Source: Opitutales bacterium (lineage in GTDB: Bacteria > Verrucomicrobiota > Verrucomicrobiia > Opitutales > UBA2987). From it: a DNA stretch of 64,000 nt. The notes under the pieces were generated by a model that ran no database searches, was not told where the DNA came from, and worked only from the letters and a program-made list of their open reading frames with translations. The DNA lies in assembly GCA_965226885.1 (NCBI GenBank), contig CBDDEL010000014.1:256001-320000 (forward strand), given 5' to 3'. The position numbers and the translations under genes were made by a program. This document shows, piece after piece, positions 1 through 9,101 of the stretch. How positions within the stretch are numbered: position 1 is the first letter of the stretch; each line of letters starts with the position of its first letter.

Positions 1-72
1 CAGCCCATCTGACGTGTACTGGATTTGTTGGACACGGGATTCTCTTATATTCATTGTTTATTGATTAGTGTG

Positions 73-990
73 TCAGGCGGCTTGTTTTGGTAAAGGGTTT
101 TGTTTTCTCGTTGCCCCCCATGGGGGGCAAATATTCTCCTCGAATTGGACTGGGCTTTGGTAACTCAGAGAGGAATGTTTGCGATATCGGTTGTAGAAGA
201 TTTCCACGTATTCGAAGACAGTTGATCGCAGTTCGCGCTCGTCGGCAAAGTGGCGGCCTCGAATCGTGCTGGTCTTGAAGCGGCCGTAGAACGATTCCAT
301 GGCCGCGTTGTCGTAGCAGTTGCCTTGGGCGCTCATGCTCGGCTTCATGCCTAGTTCAGAGACCAGCCTCTGATAGTCGTCGCTGGCGTAGGGGCTGCCC
401 CGATCGCTGTGATGAATAATCCCGGTGCGCAGTGTGCCGCGGGTCATGGCCGCGGCTTTGAGGGCCTTGCCAACCAGCTTCGCGTCGTTGTGGTTGGAAA
501 CGCTCCAGCCCAGCAGGCGTCGGCTGAACAGGTCCATCACCGTGGCCAAGTACATCCAACCGGCCAGGGTCCGTAGGTAGGTCGTGTCCGCCACCCAGAC
601 CTCGTCGATATGGGTCGGCTGGCCATGCTTTTTAAGCACATTGGGGCTGTAACCATAGGGATGGTTACTGTTGGTTTTTAATGGCTTAAAGCGTTTACTC
701 TGGGTGCTTTTGATTCCCATTTCACGCATCAGACGCAGAGCCCGGTCACGGCCGCAATCGATGCCCTCATCATCCTTCAGATGGCGGTGCATTGGCCGAT
801 GCCCATAGCGGCCCTTGGCCTCTTTGTGTACCTTCAGGATCGCCCCCTTGATTCCCTCGTCCTCGATCCGCCGGGCCGAGGGCGCTCGGTGCCTCCAGCA
901 GTAATAGCCACTGCGACAAATCCCCATCGCCGAGCATATTTCCTCGATCTTGAAGCGCCCCTCGTTGTCTTTGACAAACTGGTACTTCAT
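73..990 (-). CDS. IS3-family transposase OrfB (integrase core, DDE)
   Basis: WVADTTY...HHSDRGSPY...CYDNAAMESF motifs; ATG at 990 overlaps the orfA stop (ATGA); A-run slippery site near 1019-1026. Confidence 0.92.
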   Translation of the reverse strand: MKYQFVKDNEGRFKIEEICSAMGICRSGYYCWRHRAPSARRIEDEGIKGAILKVHKEAKGRYGHRPMHRHLKDDEGIDCGRDRALRLMREMGIKSTQSKRFKPLKTNSNHPYGYSPNVLKKHGQPTHIDEVWVADTTYLRTLAGWMYLATVMDLFSRRLLGWSVSNHNDAKLVGKALKAAAMTRGTLRTGIIHHSDRGSPYASDDYQRLVSELGMKPSMSAQGNCYDNAAMESFYGRFKTSTIRGRHFADERELRSTVFEYVEIFYNRYRKHSSLSYQSPVQFEENICPPWGATRKQNPLPKQAA

Positions 991-1295
991 TGTTCGTCCT
1001 TGGCAAAGTAGCCCACCGTTTTTTTTAGTATCTGGTTGATCCGCTCCGAGCGGCGCAGCTCTTTGCGAAGACGATCTATCTCGGCCGCCATCTCCTTCGG
1101 ACTGCTCTGTCGCTTTGAGGTGGCTTCGCCCTGCTGATCGTCCAGATAGAGCCTCTTCCACCTATACAATTGGTTGGTGTTGACCCCAGGTTTGGTCGAT
1201 ACCTCGGTGGCGCTCAGACCATCGAGTATCATCAGTTGAACTGCCTCATTTTTGAACTCTATACTGCGTCTTCTTCCCATGCTTCGATTCTCCAT
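987..1295 (-). CDS. IS3-family transposase OrfA (HTH)
   Basis: EFKNEAVQL...LYRWK...EIDRLRKEL pattern; has a 3-bp deletion relative to copy 2. Confidence 0.9.
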   Translation of the reverse strand: MENRSMGRRRSIEFKNEAVQLMILDGLSATEVSTKPGVNTNQLYRWKRLYLDDQQGEATSKRQSSPKEMAAEIDRLRKELRRSERINQILKKTVGYFAKDEQ

Positions 1296-1432
1296 TTAGG
1301 AGAATCTCGTGTCCACTTTTTCCAGTGCACATCAATCAAGTCCCGTAATTTGCCATCGGTGGGGAGTATTTTTATAGCTGTTTCCACCAATGGTTTTGCC
1401 TTCGCATATTCATTCAACTCTTTGTAACAAAG

Positions 1433-1460
1433 GGCCAGGTAATAAAGGCCAGGTAATAAA
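1433..1460. repeat. 14-bp perfect tandem duplication (GGCCAGGTAATAAA x2) frameshifting paralog A
   Basis: Removing one unit restores YNLYYLALCYKELNEYAKAKPLVE, matching the intact paralog. Confidence 0.9.
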
Positions 1461-2202
1461 GGTTGTAGGTGGCATACGGATAAACTTTATGAAATTCCTC
1501 CATATAATCAATAGCTCTTCTTCGTTTATTTATTTCAGCCAAAGCGCGACCCTGGAGATGTTGGACATCCTTTCGAAACGGATTGAATTTTTCCACCTTG
1601 TTTCCCCAATAAATGGATTCCTTAAGATATCCATCCCGTAGTGCTAGGCCTTGTATTTCGAAGCTACTCTCTGCTCGAAAAAAACGGTATTGCCAATAAA
1701 GCCAAGTGACTAAAAATCCAATCGTTAGTGTGATCCCGATAAGGACGAATTTTTTGTGTGTGATAGTCCAAAATTTTTCGTTGCTCTCAGGATCGATAAG
1801 CCGAAATACAGTAGCTCCGTAAATAGATAGAATAAATGGAGGCAATGCTACGTACATCGGAAAACTAAATACCGAATTTATAGAAAGCCCCAGGACTGCG
1901 GCCAGGCATGCAAAAGCCGTATCGCGATTTTCATCTGATAAATTACTTCTGAATAATCTCTGAACCATTCTCACCAGGATTGCCATTGTCCAAAGAATCG
2001 CAAGAAGCCCCGGCATCCCCAATTCCGCAACTATTTGGAGGTAATCGTTATGAGCTTTGGGCTGGACGAAGTTTAGACTTACTTCCTTATCCCTTTTACC
2101 AGTGAAGGCGCTGGTGGGATAGTGGACCACAAAATTATCTAATCCGACACCTATTAAAATATTGTTTTTAATGATTTCCAACGAGTTTCGGTAAAGTCTT
2201 AG

Positions 2203-3769
2203 CCCGGATATTTCGTAAAAAAAGTATCGTTGATATGCTTAACTGCTGATATACAGCAGGATAGATCAATAATTAAAGCAATATCAGCGATGACAAAAGG
2301 TAAACAATTAAAGCTACAGTTGACAAGGGTAAAAGGACGCCGTGTGCGGGTTGATTTCAAGGGCGGAGAGGTTACTTCGGATGCCGGACTGCTTTTGATC
2401 CGGGAAGTGGATCGGCAGTTGGGCTTGACCGAACGAGCGGCCCGACAGTTAGTGGACAAACGGCAGAAGGGCAAAGTACGCCATGAGGTATTGGGGATGC
2501 TGCGGCAGCGCGTTTACGGGCTGGTGGCGGGCTATGAGGATTTGAACGACTTTGATACCCTGCGCCACGATCCATTGTTGCAAACGGTAACGGGGCGCAT
2601 TGAAACGTTGGCCAGCGCGCCGACTTTGTGTCGTTTTGAAAACGGGCAGGATCGGCGGGCGGCCTTTGCGGTAAACGAGCTGTTGGTCGAACAGTTCATG
2701 GGCTCCTTTGCCGAGGAACCCGAAGAGATCATCCTGGACTTTGACGCCACCGACAATCCGGTGCACGGGCTCCAGGAGGGACGTTTTTTCCACGGTTATT
2801 ATGATCATTACTGTTTTCTGCCGCTATATGTTTTTTGCGGTGATCAGCTGCTGGTGGCCTACCTGCGGCCGAGCAAGATCGATGCCAGCAAGCATGCCGG
2901 GGCCATCCTCAAATTGCTGGTTAAACGGATTCGCCAAAGCTGGCCCCGTACGCGGATTATTTGGCGCGCCGACAGTGGATTTTGTCGAGACCGGATACTC
3001 TCTTGGTGCGACCGCAACGAAGTTAGTTACATCGTGGGGATGGCTCGCAATGCACGCTTGCAGCAAGACGCCCAGCAGTTGCAAAAGCAGGCCAAAGAAT
3101 GGTTCGAACTAAGGGGTAAAAAACAACGGTTATTCCAGGACTTCGTCTATGCTGCCGATTCGTGGCGATGGCTGCGGTTGGTCATCCATAAAGCCGAACA
3201 CACCGCACAGGGGTCCAACCCGCGCTTCGTGGTGACGAACCTGCCGGGCGATCCCCAGGAGCTTTACGACAAGGTATACTGTGGCCGCGGTGAAATGGAG
3301 AACCGAATCAAGGAACAGATGCAATTGTTCAGCGAGCGCACCAGCGCCCATCAATGGTGGGCCAATCAGTGGCGATTGCTCTTGTCGGCGCTGGCCTACA
3401 CCTTGATGGAAGCCATGCGCCGGTTAGCCTTAAAAGGGACGAAGTGGGCGCGGGCCCAATGCCACACCCTGCGGCTCAAATTAATCAAGATCGGAGCGGT
3501 CATCGTGCGCAACACCCGAACGATTCACTTTCACCTAAGTGAGAGTTATCCTTGGGCCAGTCTTTTCAACCATGCGGCCCGCCGATTGGTGCCAACCTAA
3601 AGGGTGCATTGGTGCTGCCCCCGGCACTACCGAACCAATGGGGGAAAGGGGGCAGTGTCTCTACACCCTGAAAAACACCTAAAAATCAAGACGATCTGCT
3701 CAAAATACAAAGAAATCCATCTCCAATAGCAATAACGAGCCAAACTTTACCCTTCATGAAATATCCGGG
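2203..3769 (+). mobile_element. IS1380-family insertion sequence, copy 1 (1567 bp)
   Basis: IRs CCCGGATATTTC / GAAATATCCGGG; TTAG duplicated on both sides. Confidence 0.95.
2290..3600 (+). CDS. IS1380-family transposase
   Basis: VTSDAGLLL, LDFDATD..VHG.QEG.FFHGYY, RADSGF, RGEMENRIKE motifs; ATG start chosen at MTKGKQL. Confidence 0.93.
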   Translation: MTKGKQLKLQLTRVKGRRVRVDFKGGEVTSDAGLLLIREVDRQLGLTERAARQLVDKRQKGKVRHEVLGMLRQRVYGLVAGYEDLNDFDTLRHDPLLQTVTGRIETLASAPTLCRFENGQDRRAAFAVNELLVEQFMGSFAEEPEEIILDFDATDNPVHGLQEGRFFHGYYDHYCFLPLYVFCGDQLLVAYLRPSKIDASKHAGAILKLLVKRIRQSWPRTRIIWRADSGFCRDRILSWCDRNEVSYIVGMARNARLQQDAQQLQKQAKEWFELRGKKQRLFQDFVYAADSWRWLRLVIHKAEHTAQGSNPRFVVTNLPGDPQELYDKVYCGRGEMENRIKEQMQLFSERTSAHQWWANQWRLLLSALAYTLMEAMRRLALKGTKWARAQCHTLRLKLIKIGAVIVRNTRTIHFHLSESYPWASLFNHAARRLVPT

Positions 3770-3776
3770 TTAGTTA

Positions 3777-5595
3777 GAGGCTGTCCCAAAAGGGTGATTT
3801 TTGCGAGGGCTTTTGATAGGCGCTCATTTTAGAGGTATTTGCATTTGGGAGAGTATCAACTTTGCTCTCCTATGACGTTAGGATACTGGTTTTGGGGTCC
3901 GGTTGCCTGGTTTTCTTTGTATGAGCCGACAGTACGGCTGTGAAAAAGTATTGTCCTTGCTTTTCCGCTCTCTCTAGGCCGCCGCTTTGGTTTTTAGTTC
4001 GTCTTGCTGGGCCAGCATCTTGGCTACTTTCCATAGGTTGTGCGAGAGTACCGACCAGGCTACGCTGATCGAGCGGTTGGCAAAGCCTTTGCTGCGCAAC
4101 CGCCCGGCCTGCCAGCGATTCTTCAATACCCCGATCCGCCCTTCGGTGCTGGCCCGGCGCTTTTGCAATTGTCTGAACAGTGGTTCCTCCCTCCGTTTTT
4201 TCAACTGCTTCGGATCGCGTGGACAGAGCGCGTCGTAGATTCCCTCCTGGGCTAACTGCCGGCGGGCCCGCTGGGAGGCAAATCCCCGGTCCGCGCACAT
4301 GGCCGCTATGGGTTCTTCCAGGTTGAAGCGGTTCTGTCTTTGCAAACTCTCTAGCATTTGTTCATTTTCGCTTGGAGTTCGGCTGCCGTAGAGTTTCCAG
4401 TCCAGCAGGTACCCTTCAACGCTTTCTCCCAAAAACAGGGTGTTGCCGAACTCGACCTCTTGGCCCGCTTTACCTCGCACAATCACCTGCCCATCGAGTT
4501 CGTAAACACTCAAGACTTTCTCTGCGTTTTTCACCTGCCGGCCGCCAATGATCCGCTCGTGCGCCTGTTTGATGACCACCGGGATTTGCTCGCTCATGCG
4601 CTCCATCCGGGCGAGGATCTGTTGGACCTGTTTTTCGCTGTAATCGCTTTGCTCCCAGCAGGCTTGCAATAATTCCCGGTGACTGCGGGCATGCTCCCCG
4701 ATCCGTTTGAGCAGCTTTTTCATCTGCCTCAAGATACCCTTGCGCTGCCGCGCGCTGTCCTTTCGCCGCCGGCTGTGGGTCATCTGTATGCACAGCCGAT
4801 TCATCTGCCGAGCCAAGGGCTCCGGTTCGATCGGCATGCGATGGCGCAAACCGGCCTTCTCGCGGATCAGCCGGATCGCTTTGAGCAACGTGCCGGCTAC
4901 ATCCTTGAGTAATACCCAGTCCGTCGGCCAATGAATGTTAGCCTCCAAACAGGTGCCGTCGATCAGGCAAATGGTGGTGTCAATCGGCTTGTCCAATCCC
5001 ACCTGCCGGGCCAGAAGGGCATCGGCCACCACCTCAGTCAAGGTCCGGTGCAAGGCCCTCAACTGCTCTTCGCTGAAAAACTTCGAGGCCCGCTCCAGGG
5101 TGCTTTTGGAGATGCCCCTGATGCCATCGATCTGCCGGACACGGCAAAAGTCGGCCAACAGATCGCTGCTGCCCAGAGCCCGCGACAAATGCCGAAACGA
5201 AATCCCTCCGAGCAGACGGCCCAGCGTATCCATGCGCAGTGCCTTGATGGCAAAACTGGCCCGCTGCCGCCGGGCCTTTAGACCCATTGGCGGCCACCCC
5301 TCCAAGGCCAGCTCAATGGCCTGCGATTCCACCTCCGAGTCGATCAGCAGCCGATCGATTCGATCAATGGTGGCGCGGAAGTTATCGTAATCGAGGCACC
5401 GGTCGACCACAGTTAAAGCTGGACGCAGGAGGCATTGGATGGCTATATTTTTCATAGAAAGGGCTATATTGATTTTCGCTAACTCAATTATAGAACCCTT
5501 TTTTGGCCGGATCGAGCAAAAACTTGCTCTTTCCGGCTCTTTTTATCAACGTCATCCAGTTGACTATAAAATCTTTATATTTTTGGGACAGCCTC
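3777..5595 (-). mobile_element. IS5-like/ISNCY-type insertion sequence, copy 1
   Basis: IRs GAGGCTGTCCCAAAA / TTTTGGGACAGCCTC; flanks do not match (TAGTTA vs CAACCT), implying an adjacent deletion. Confidence 0.88.
3974..5455 (-). CDS. DDE transposase, IS5-like/ISNCY (493 aa)
   Basis: IDGTCLEANIHWPTD, GKAGQEVEFG, ADRGF and R...EGRIGVLK motifs. Confidence 0.88.
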   Translation of the reverse strand: MKNIAIQCLLRPALTVVDRCLDYDNFRATIDRIDRLLIDSEVESQAIELALEGWPPMGLKARRQRASFAIKALRMDTLGRLLGGISFRHLSRALGSSDLLADFCRVRQIDGIRGISKSTLERASKFFSEEQLRALHRTLTEVVADALLARQVGLDKPIDTTICLIDGTCLEANIHWPTDWVLLKDVAGTLLKAIRLIREKAGLRHRMPIEPEPLARQMNRLCIQMTHSRRRKDSARQRKGILRQMKKLLKRIGEHARSHRELLQACWEQSDYSEKQVQQILARMERMSEQIPVVIKQAHERIIGGRQVKNAEKVLSVYELDGQVIVRGKAGQEVEFGNTLFLGESVEGYLLDWKLYGSRTPSENEQMLESLQRQNRFNLEEPIAAMCADRGFASQRARRQLAQEGIYDALCPRDPKQLKKRREEPLFRQLQKRRASTEGRIGVLKNRWQAGRLRSKGFANRSISVAWSVLSHNLWKVAKMLAQQDELKTKAAA

Positions 5596-5772
5596 CAACC
5601 TAAAGGGTGCATTGGTGCTGCCCCCGGCACTACCGAACCAATGGGGGAAAGGGGGCAGTGTCTCTACACCCTGAAAAACACCTAAAAATCAAGACGATCT
5701 GCTCAAAATACAAAGAAATCCATCTCCAATAGCAATAACGAGCCAAACTTTACCCTTCATGAAATATCCGGG
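5596..5772 (+). mobile_element. IS1380 right-end remnant (177 bp)
   Basis: Matches 3593-3769, ends in GAAATATCCGGG followed by TTAG. Confidence 0.92.
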
Positions 5773-6552
5773 TTAGCCATAAGAAAAAACACAAACCCCA
5801 AGGGAAAACCTAAAACAACATATTGGGATGCGTGATTTCGATTAACAAAAGTGGCCGCGGGAGGAGCAGTTTGACGCACCCAATCTAGTTCGAAATAATA
5901 TTGCGTGAGCCCGAAAAGGGACACCAATGTTGTGGAAATAAAAAATGAGAACAAAATCCTTCTCAAGCTGAGGTTATCAGCCGGAAGATTCAAAATAGTA
6001 ATGAAAATCAGCCCGCATGCGGCCCAGTGCGCCCACTGTGTGAATGCGTTATAACCGTCGTTAGCCCAAAAGACTGAGAGAAGGGACCAAACAATAATAA
6101 TAGCCAGTGGCAGATAAAGAGGGCACTTTCGAATTTCAACCTTACGGGAATTATACAACGCTCGCAACCAAACCCCAAAAATCATCAGGGAACCGATCTG
6201 CACAAAGGTTTTTTTTGGCATGTCCGATAAATCAGTGAATGAAGGGACTACTATAAACGGAGCCAGGAGAACCATTCCACATAGAGTCCAGACAAGGAAT
6301 CCAGTGGATGTGTTCTTCGAAGATAGATTTTTCTTATGGTGGATTTTCTCCAATTCCGCTAAAACTTCTTCTAACGGAATTTTAAGAACATTTGCGATTT
6401 CATCCGGATCCTTCCGATTTGACTGCCTGTGGATGTATTTGCGTTTTTTGTTGGAAAGGCTCATGCTCGAATTCGTTCTGGTTTGTCGAAATGATTGCCA
6501 GTTCAAGTAAAGTCGAAATGTTTTCGGGTAAAAGTAGTTTTTCGATTCAAGG

Positions 6553-8820
6553 TTACGGCTGGTCGAACTTTTCCAGAAGTTTCCTCAATATTTTCGCATC
6601 TTTGCCGGTGGGCTTGAGAGCCAGGGCCTCTTTGAGGTGGATGAGCCCTTCTTCCTGTCGGCCCAGATGCTCAACCAGGGTCAACCCCAAAAATTTGCGG
6701 GCTAAATAGTAATCGCCTTTTAATTCCACCGATTTTCCCAAGGCCTCCGCGGCTTCCGCATATTTACCCATTAAGAATGCCGTTACCCCCTGGTTATAGT
6801 GATAATTACTTTTTTTAGGTATCATTTTTGCCGCTAGGCGAAATTCCTTGAGGCTTTTCTCCGGCTGGTTGAGGCTGCTGTAGACCCAGCCCATGAGGTC
6901 GCGCAGTCTGCCTTCGTGGGGCAGGATTTCGATGGCTCTTTCCACCAACGGTTTGGCCTTCTCGAATTGATTGAGTTCCTTATAACAAAGCGCCATGTAA
7001 TAAAGATTGTAAGTGGCGTAGGGATAGGATTCATGAAATCGCTTAAAATGCTCTATGGCTCTCTTGCGGTCTTCCATATTTAGCAGTGCCCGGGCCAGAT
7101 AATTGTCTACATCTTTGCGCCATGGGTTCATCTCATGAGCCTTTAATCCCCAATGGACGGACTCTTTATAGTACCTGTCGCGAAGGCCGATGCTTTGCAG
7201 GTTGTAATAAAATTCTGAACGCAAAATACGATATTGCCAATAGGTCCCCACGGCCAAAATTACGGTCACCAGGATGACGCCCGCAAAGGCGATTTTACCG
7301 TTGGAAAATACCCACTTGGGCTTTTCCCCAACTTCCCTTTTATCGGTCACGAGGAAAAAAATCGCGGTATAAATCCCCAGCAGAAACGGAGGCATGGCCA
7401 GGTAGAGGGGAAAACTGACGACCGCGTTGACAGATAATCCTAGGATACTGATCAGGCAAGCGCAGCCCGTATCCCGCTTTTCCTGAGAAAGCCGTTTGCC
7501 AATAAAAACCGGTAGTCTGCCGGCCAAGGCAACTAGAAAACACAGGATGGCCGCTACGGCTGGCATGCCCAATTCCGAGGTTATTTGCAGGTAATCATTG
7601 TGTGTGTTGGCCTGTTGTTTATTCAGCGAGATTTCCTTGTCCGGCCATCCGGTGAGAGTGCTTTTCGGGTAATAGACCACGAAATTATTCAGCCCCACGC
7701 CTTTCCATGGATTTCCCTTGATGATTTCCAAAGCATTCCGGTAGAGGGTTTTGCGGGTTGAAACACTGTTCAGTTTTTGGCTCTTTTTTGGAAATTCATC
7801 TTCAGTGGAATGATCCTCTTTGGCATCGCTTTCCACTAAACTGGATAACCGGTCGAAAGCTCTTTGGCCTCGCCAACTCAAACCCTTTTCGGATAGGCTG
7901 GCCAATAGCAGAAACACCAAAATGGCGGCCCCTACAGATGCCAGTTTTTGCCCGCCGTAAAATAACGTAGAATTGAGTCGGAATTGGCGATAGCCCAGAT
8001 AAACCAGGAAAAGAAATGTCTGGCCGCTGACGGTAAGCCACCCCGCTCGTGTGAAGGTATGAAACAAGTAGGAGCCTATAAATGCCAGGGACACGGCGAT
8101 GGCCCAGATCAAGACTCTCCTCCTGGCCATCAGTAATAATATCAATCCCAGAGGGAAAGTTAATACGACATATTGGGAAGCGGCATTTCGATTGGCGAAT
8201 GTGGATGATGGCGGAGCAATTTGTCGAACCCATTCGACCCCGAAGATTTCCTGGGCCAGGCCGAGGAGGGAAATCAGGGTGGCGGTGATGAAGATGAATC
8301 CTAAAATGAGGTTTTGCTTGCGGGTGTCGTTGAGGATCTGAATGGCTACGAAAAATACTAGTCCGCAGGCCGCCCAGTGAATCCAGATTATAAACGCCCT
8401 AAAATGGTCGCTGGCCCAACTGTTGGAGATAAGAGCCCAAAGGAGGAAAAAACCTAATGGTAGATACAAAAAGCATTTGCGAATCTCACCAACCGGCGAT
8501 CGGGAAAGGTTGTGCACCCAAAACCCGAATAAAATCAAGGAACCCAGTTGGATGAATGCTTTTTTGGGAGCATCGGAGAAATTGTATAATTCTTGCAGGA
8601 CCACGAATGGAGCCAAAAAGATAATTCCGGCCAGAATCCAGACCAAATATTTATCCGAATTATGAGGAACTGCAGCGCCTCCATCGGTTTTGCCCGAAAG
8701 CGAATCCAGATGGGCCATGATCTCCTTTAGAGGCACATTCAGATCGCGCGCAAATTCAGCCGGACTCTTGCGCCCGGCGTGCCGTTGCAGGTATTTTAGC
8801 TTCTTTTTGGAAAGCGCCAT
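6553..8820 (-). CDS. O-antigen ligase (Wzy_C)-family membrane protein with N-terminal HTH-like segment and C-terminal TPR repeats, paralog B (intact, 755 aa)
   Basis: About 12 hydrophobic segments, STFANRN, FTRAGW, GVGLNNF, HNDYLQ; TPR-like helical repeats at the C-terminus. Confidence 0.88.
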   Translation of the reverse strand: MALSKKKLKYLQRHAGRKSPAEFARDLNVPLKEIMAHLDSLSGKTDGGAAVPHNSDKYLVWILAGIIFLAPFVVLQELYNFSDAPKKAFIQLGSLILFGFWVHNLSRSPVGEIRKCFLYLPLGFFLLWALISNSWASDHFRAFIIWIHWAACGLVFFVAIQILNDTRKQNLILGFIFITATLISLLGLAQEIFGVEWVRQIAPPSSTFANRNAASQYVVLTFPLGLILLLMARRRVLIWAIAVSLAFIGSYLFHTFTRAGWLTVSGQTFLFLVYLGYRQFRLNSTLFYGGQKLASVGAAILVFLLLASLSEKGLSWRGQRAFDRLSSLVESDAKEDHSTEDEFPKKSQKLNSVSTRKTLYRNALEIIKGNPWKGVGLNNFVVYYPKSTLTGWPDKEISLNKQQANTHNDYLQITSELGMPAVAAILCFLVALAGRLPVFIGKRLSQEKRDTGCACLISILGLSVNAVVSFPLYLAMPPFLLGIYTAIFFLVTDKREVGEKPKWVFSNGKIAFAGVILVTVILAVGTYWQYRILRSEFYYNLQSIGLRDRYYKESVHWGLKAHEMNPWRKDVDNYLARALLNMEDRKRAIEHFKRFHESYPYATYNLYYMALCYKELNQFEKAKPLVERAIEILPHEGRLRDLMGWVYSSLNQPEKSLKEFRLAAKMIPKKSNYHYNQGVTAFLMGKYAEAAEALGKSVELKGDYYLARKFLGLTLVEHLGRQEEGLIHLKEALALKPTGKDAKILRKLLEKFDQP

Positions 8821-9101
8821 GGTTTGTTTTCCACCCGATCCGGTAAATTATCAATCGAAACTCTTCTGCCCAATAATGGATTTCATGATCGTGATTTGGT
8901 AGTGTTAACATGACGAATGTTTGATATTGCTGTTGTATTCCCAGATGAACAAGCACAGGACGCGAAAATGCATGACCAAAGACTTCGAGAATGACAGCGT
9001 TTTATGTAAACGCCGGGATGAAACCGGTACGGGGGTCGGGGTAAAACCGGTACGCTTGGGATAAGGTTTAGGTTAGTAATTGCAGGTACGTCAAGGTTTA
9101 G

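Larger units (their letters stand above)
10..1334 (-). mobile_element. IS3-family insertion sequence, copy 1
   Basis: Imperfect terminal IRs TGACGTGTACTGG / CCAGTGCACATCA; 3-bp TSD ATC (7-9, 1335-1337); orfA/orfB pair; interrupts the TPR part of ligase paralog A. Confidence 0.95.
1..6464 (-). pseudogene. O-antigen ligase (Wzy_C)/TPR family protein, paralog A, disrupted; 3' end runs off the window
   Basis: N-part 6464-5773 (MSLSNKKRKY...TFVNRNHASQY) and C-part 2202-1335 (AHNDYLQ, TPR) are collinear with intact 6553-8820; middle deleted, 14-bp duplication frameshift, IS3 insertion. Confidence 0.9.

Noticed and set aside
2199..3542. Numerous short overlapping or antisense ORFs inside IS1380 (and likewise in IS21, IS1, IS3 and core genes)
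   Set aside because: Shadow frames of real genes; they recur only because the IS copies are near-identical
3601..3669. HDV-like self-cleaving ribozyme call for the IS1380 3' structure
   Set aside because: No P1.1 CC/GG pairing, no P4 and no catalytic C in the final joining strand; kept only as a generic pseudoknot candidate
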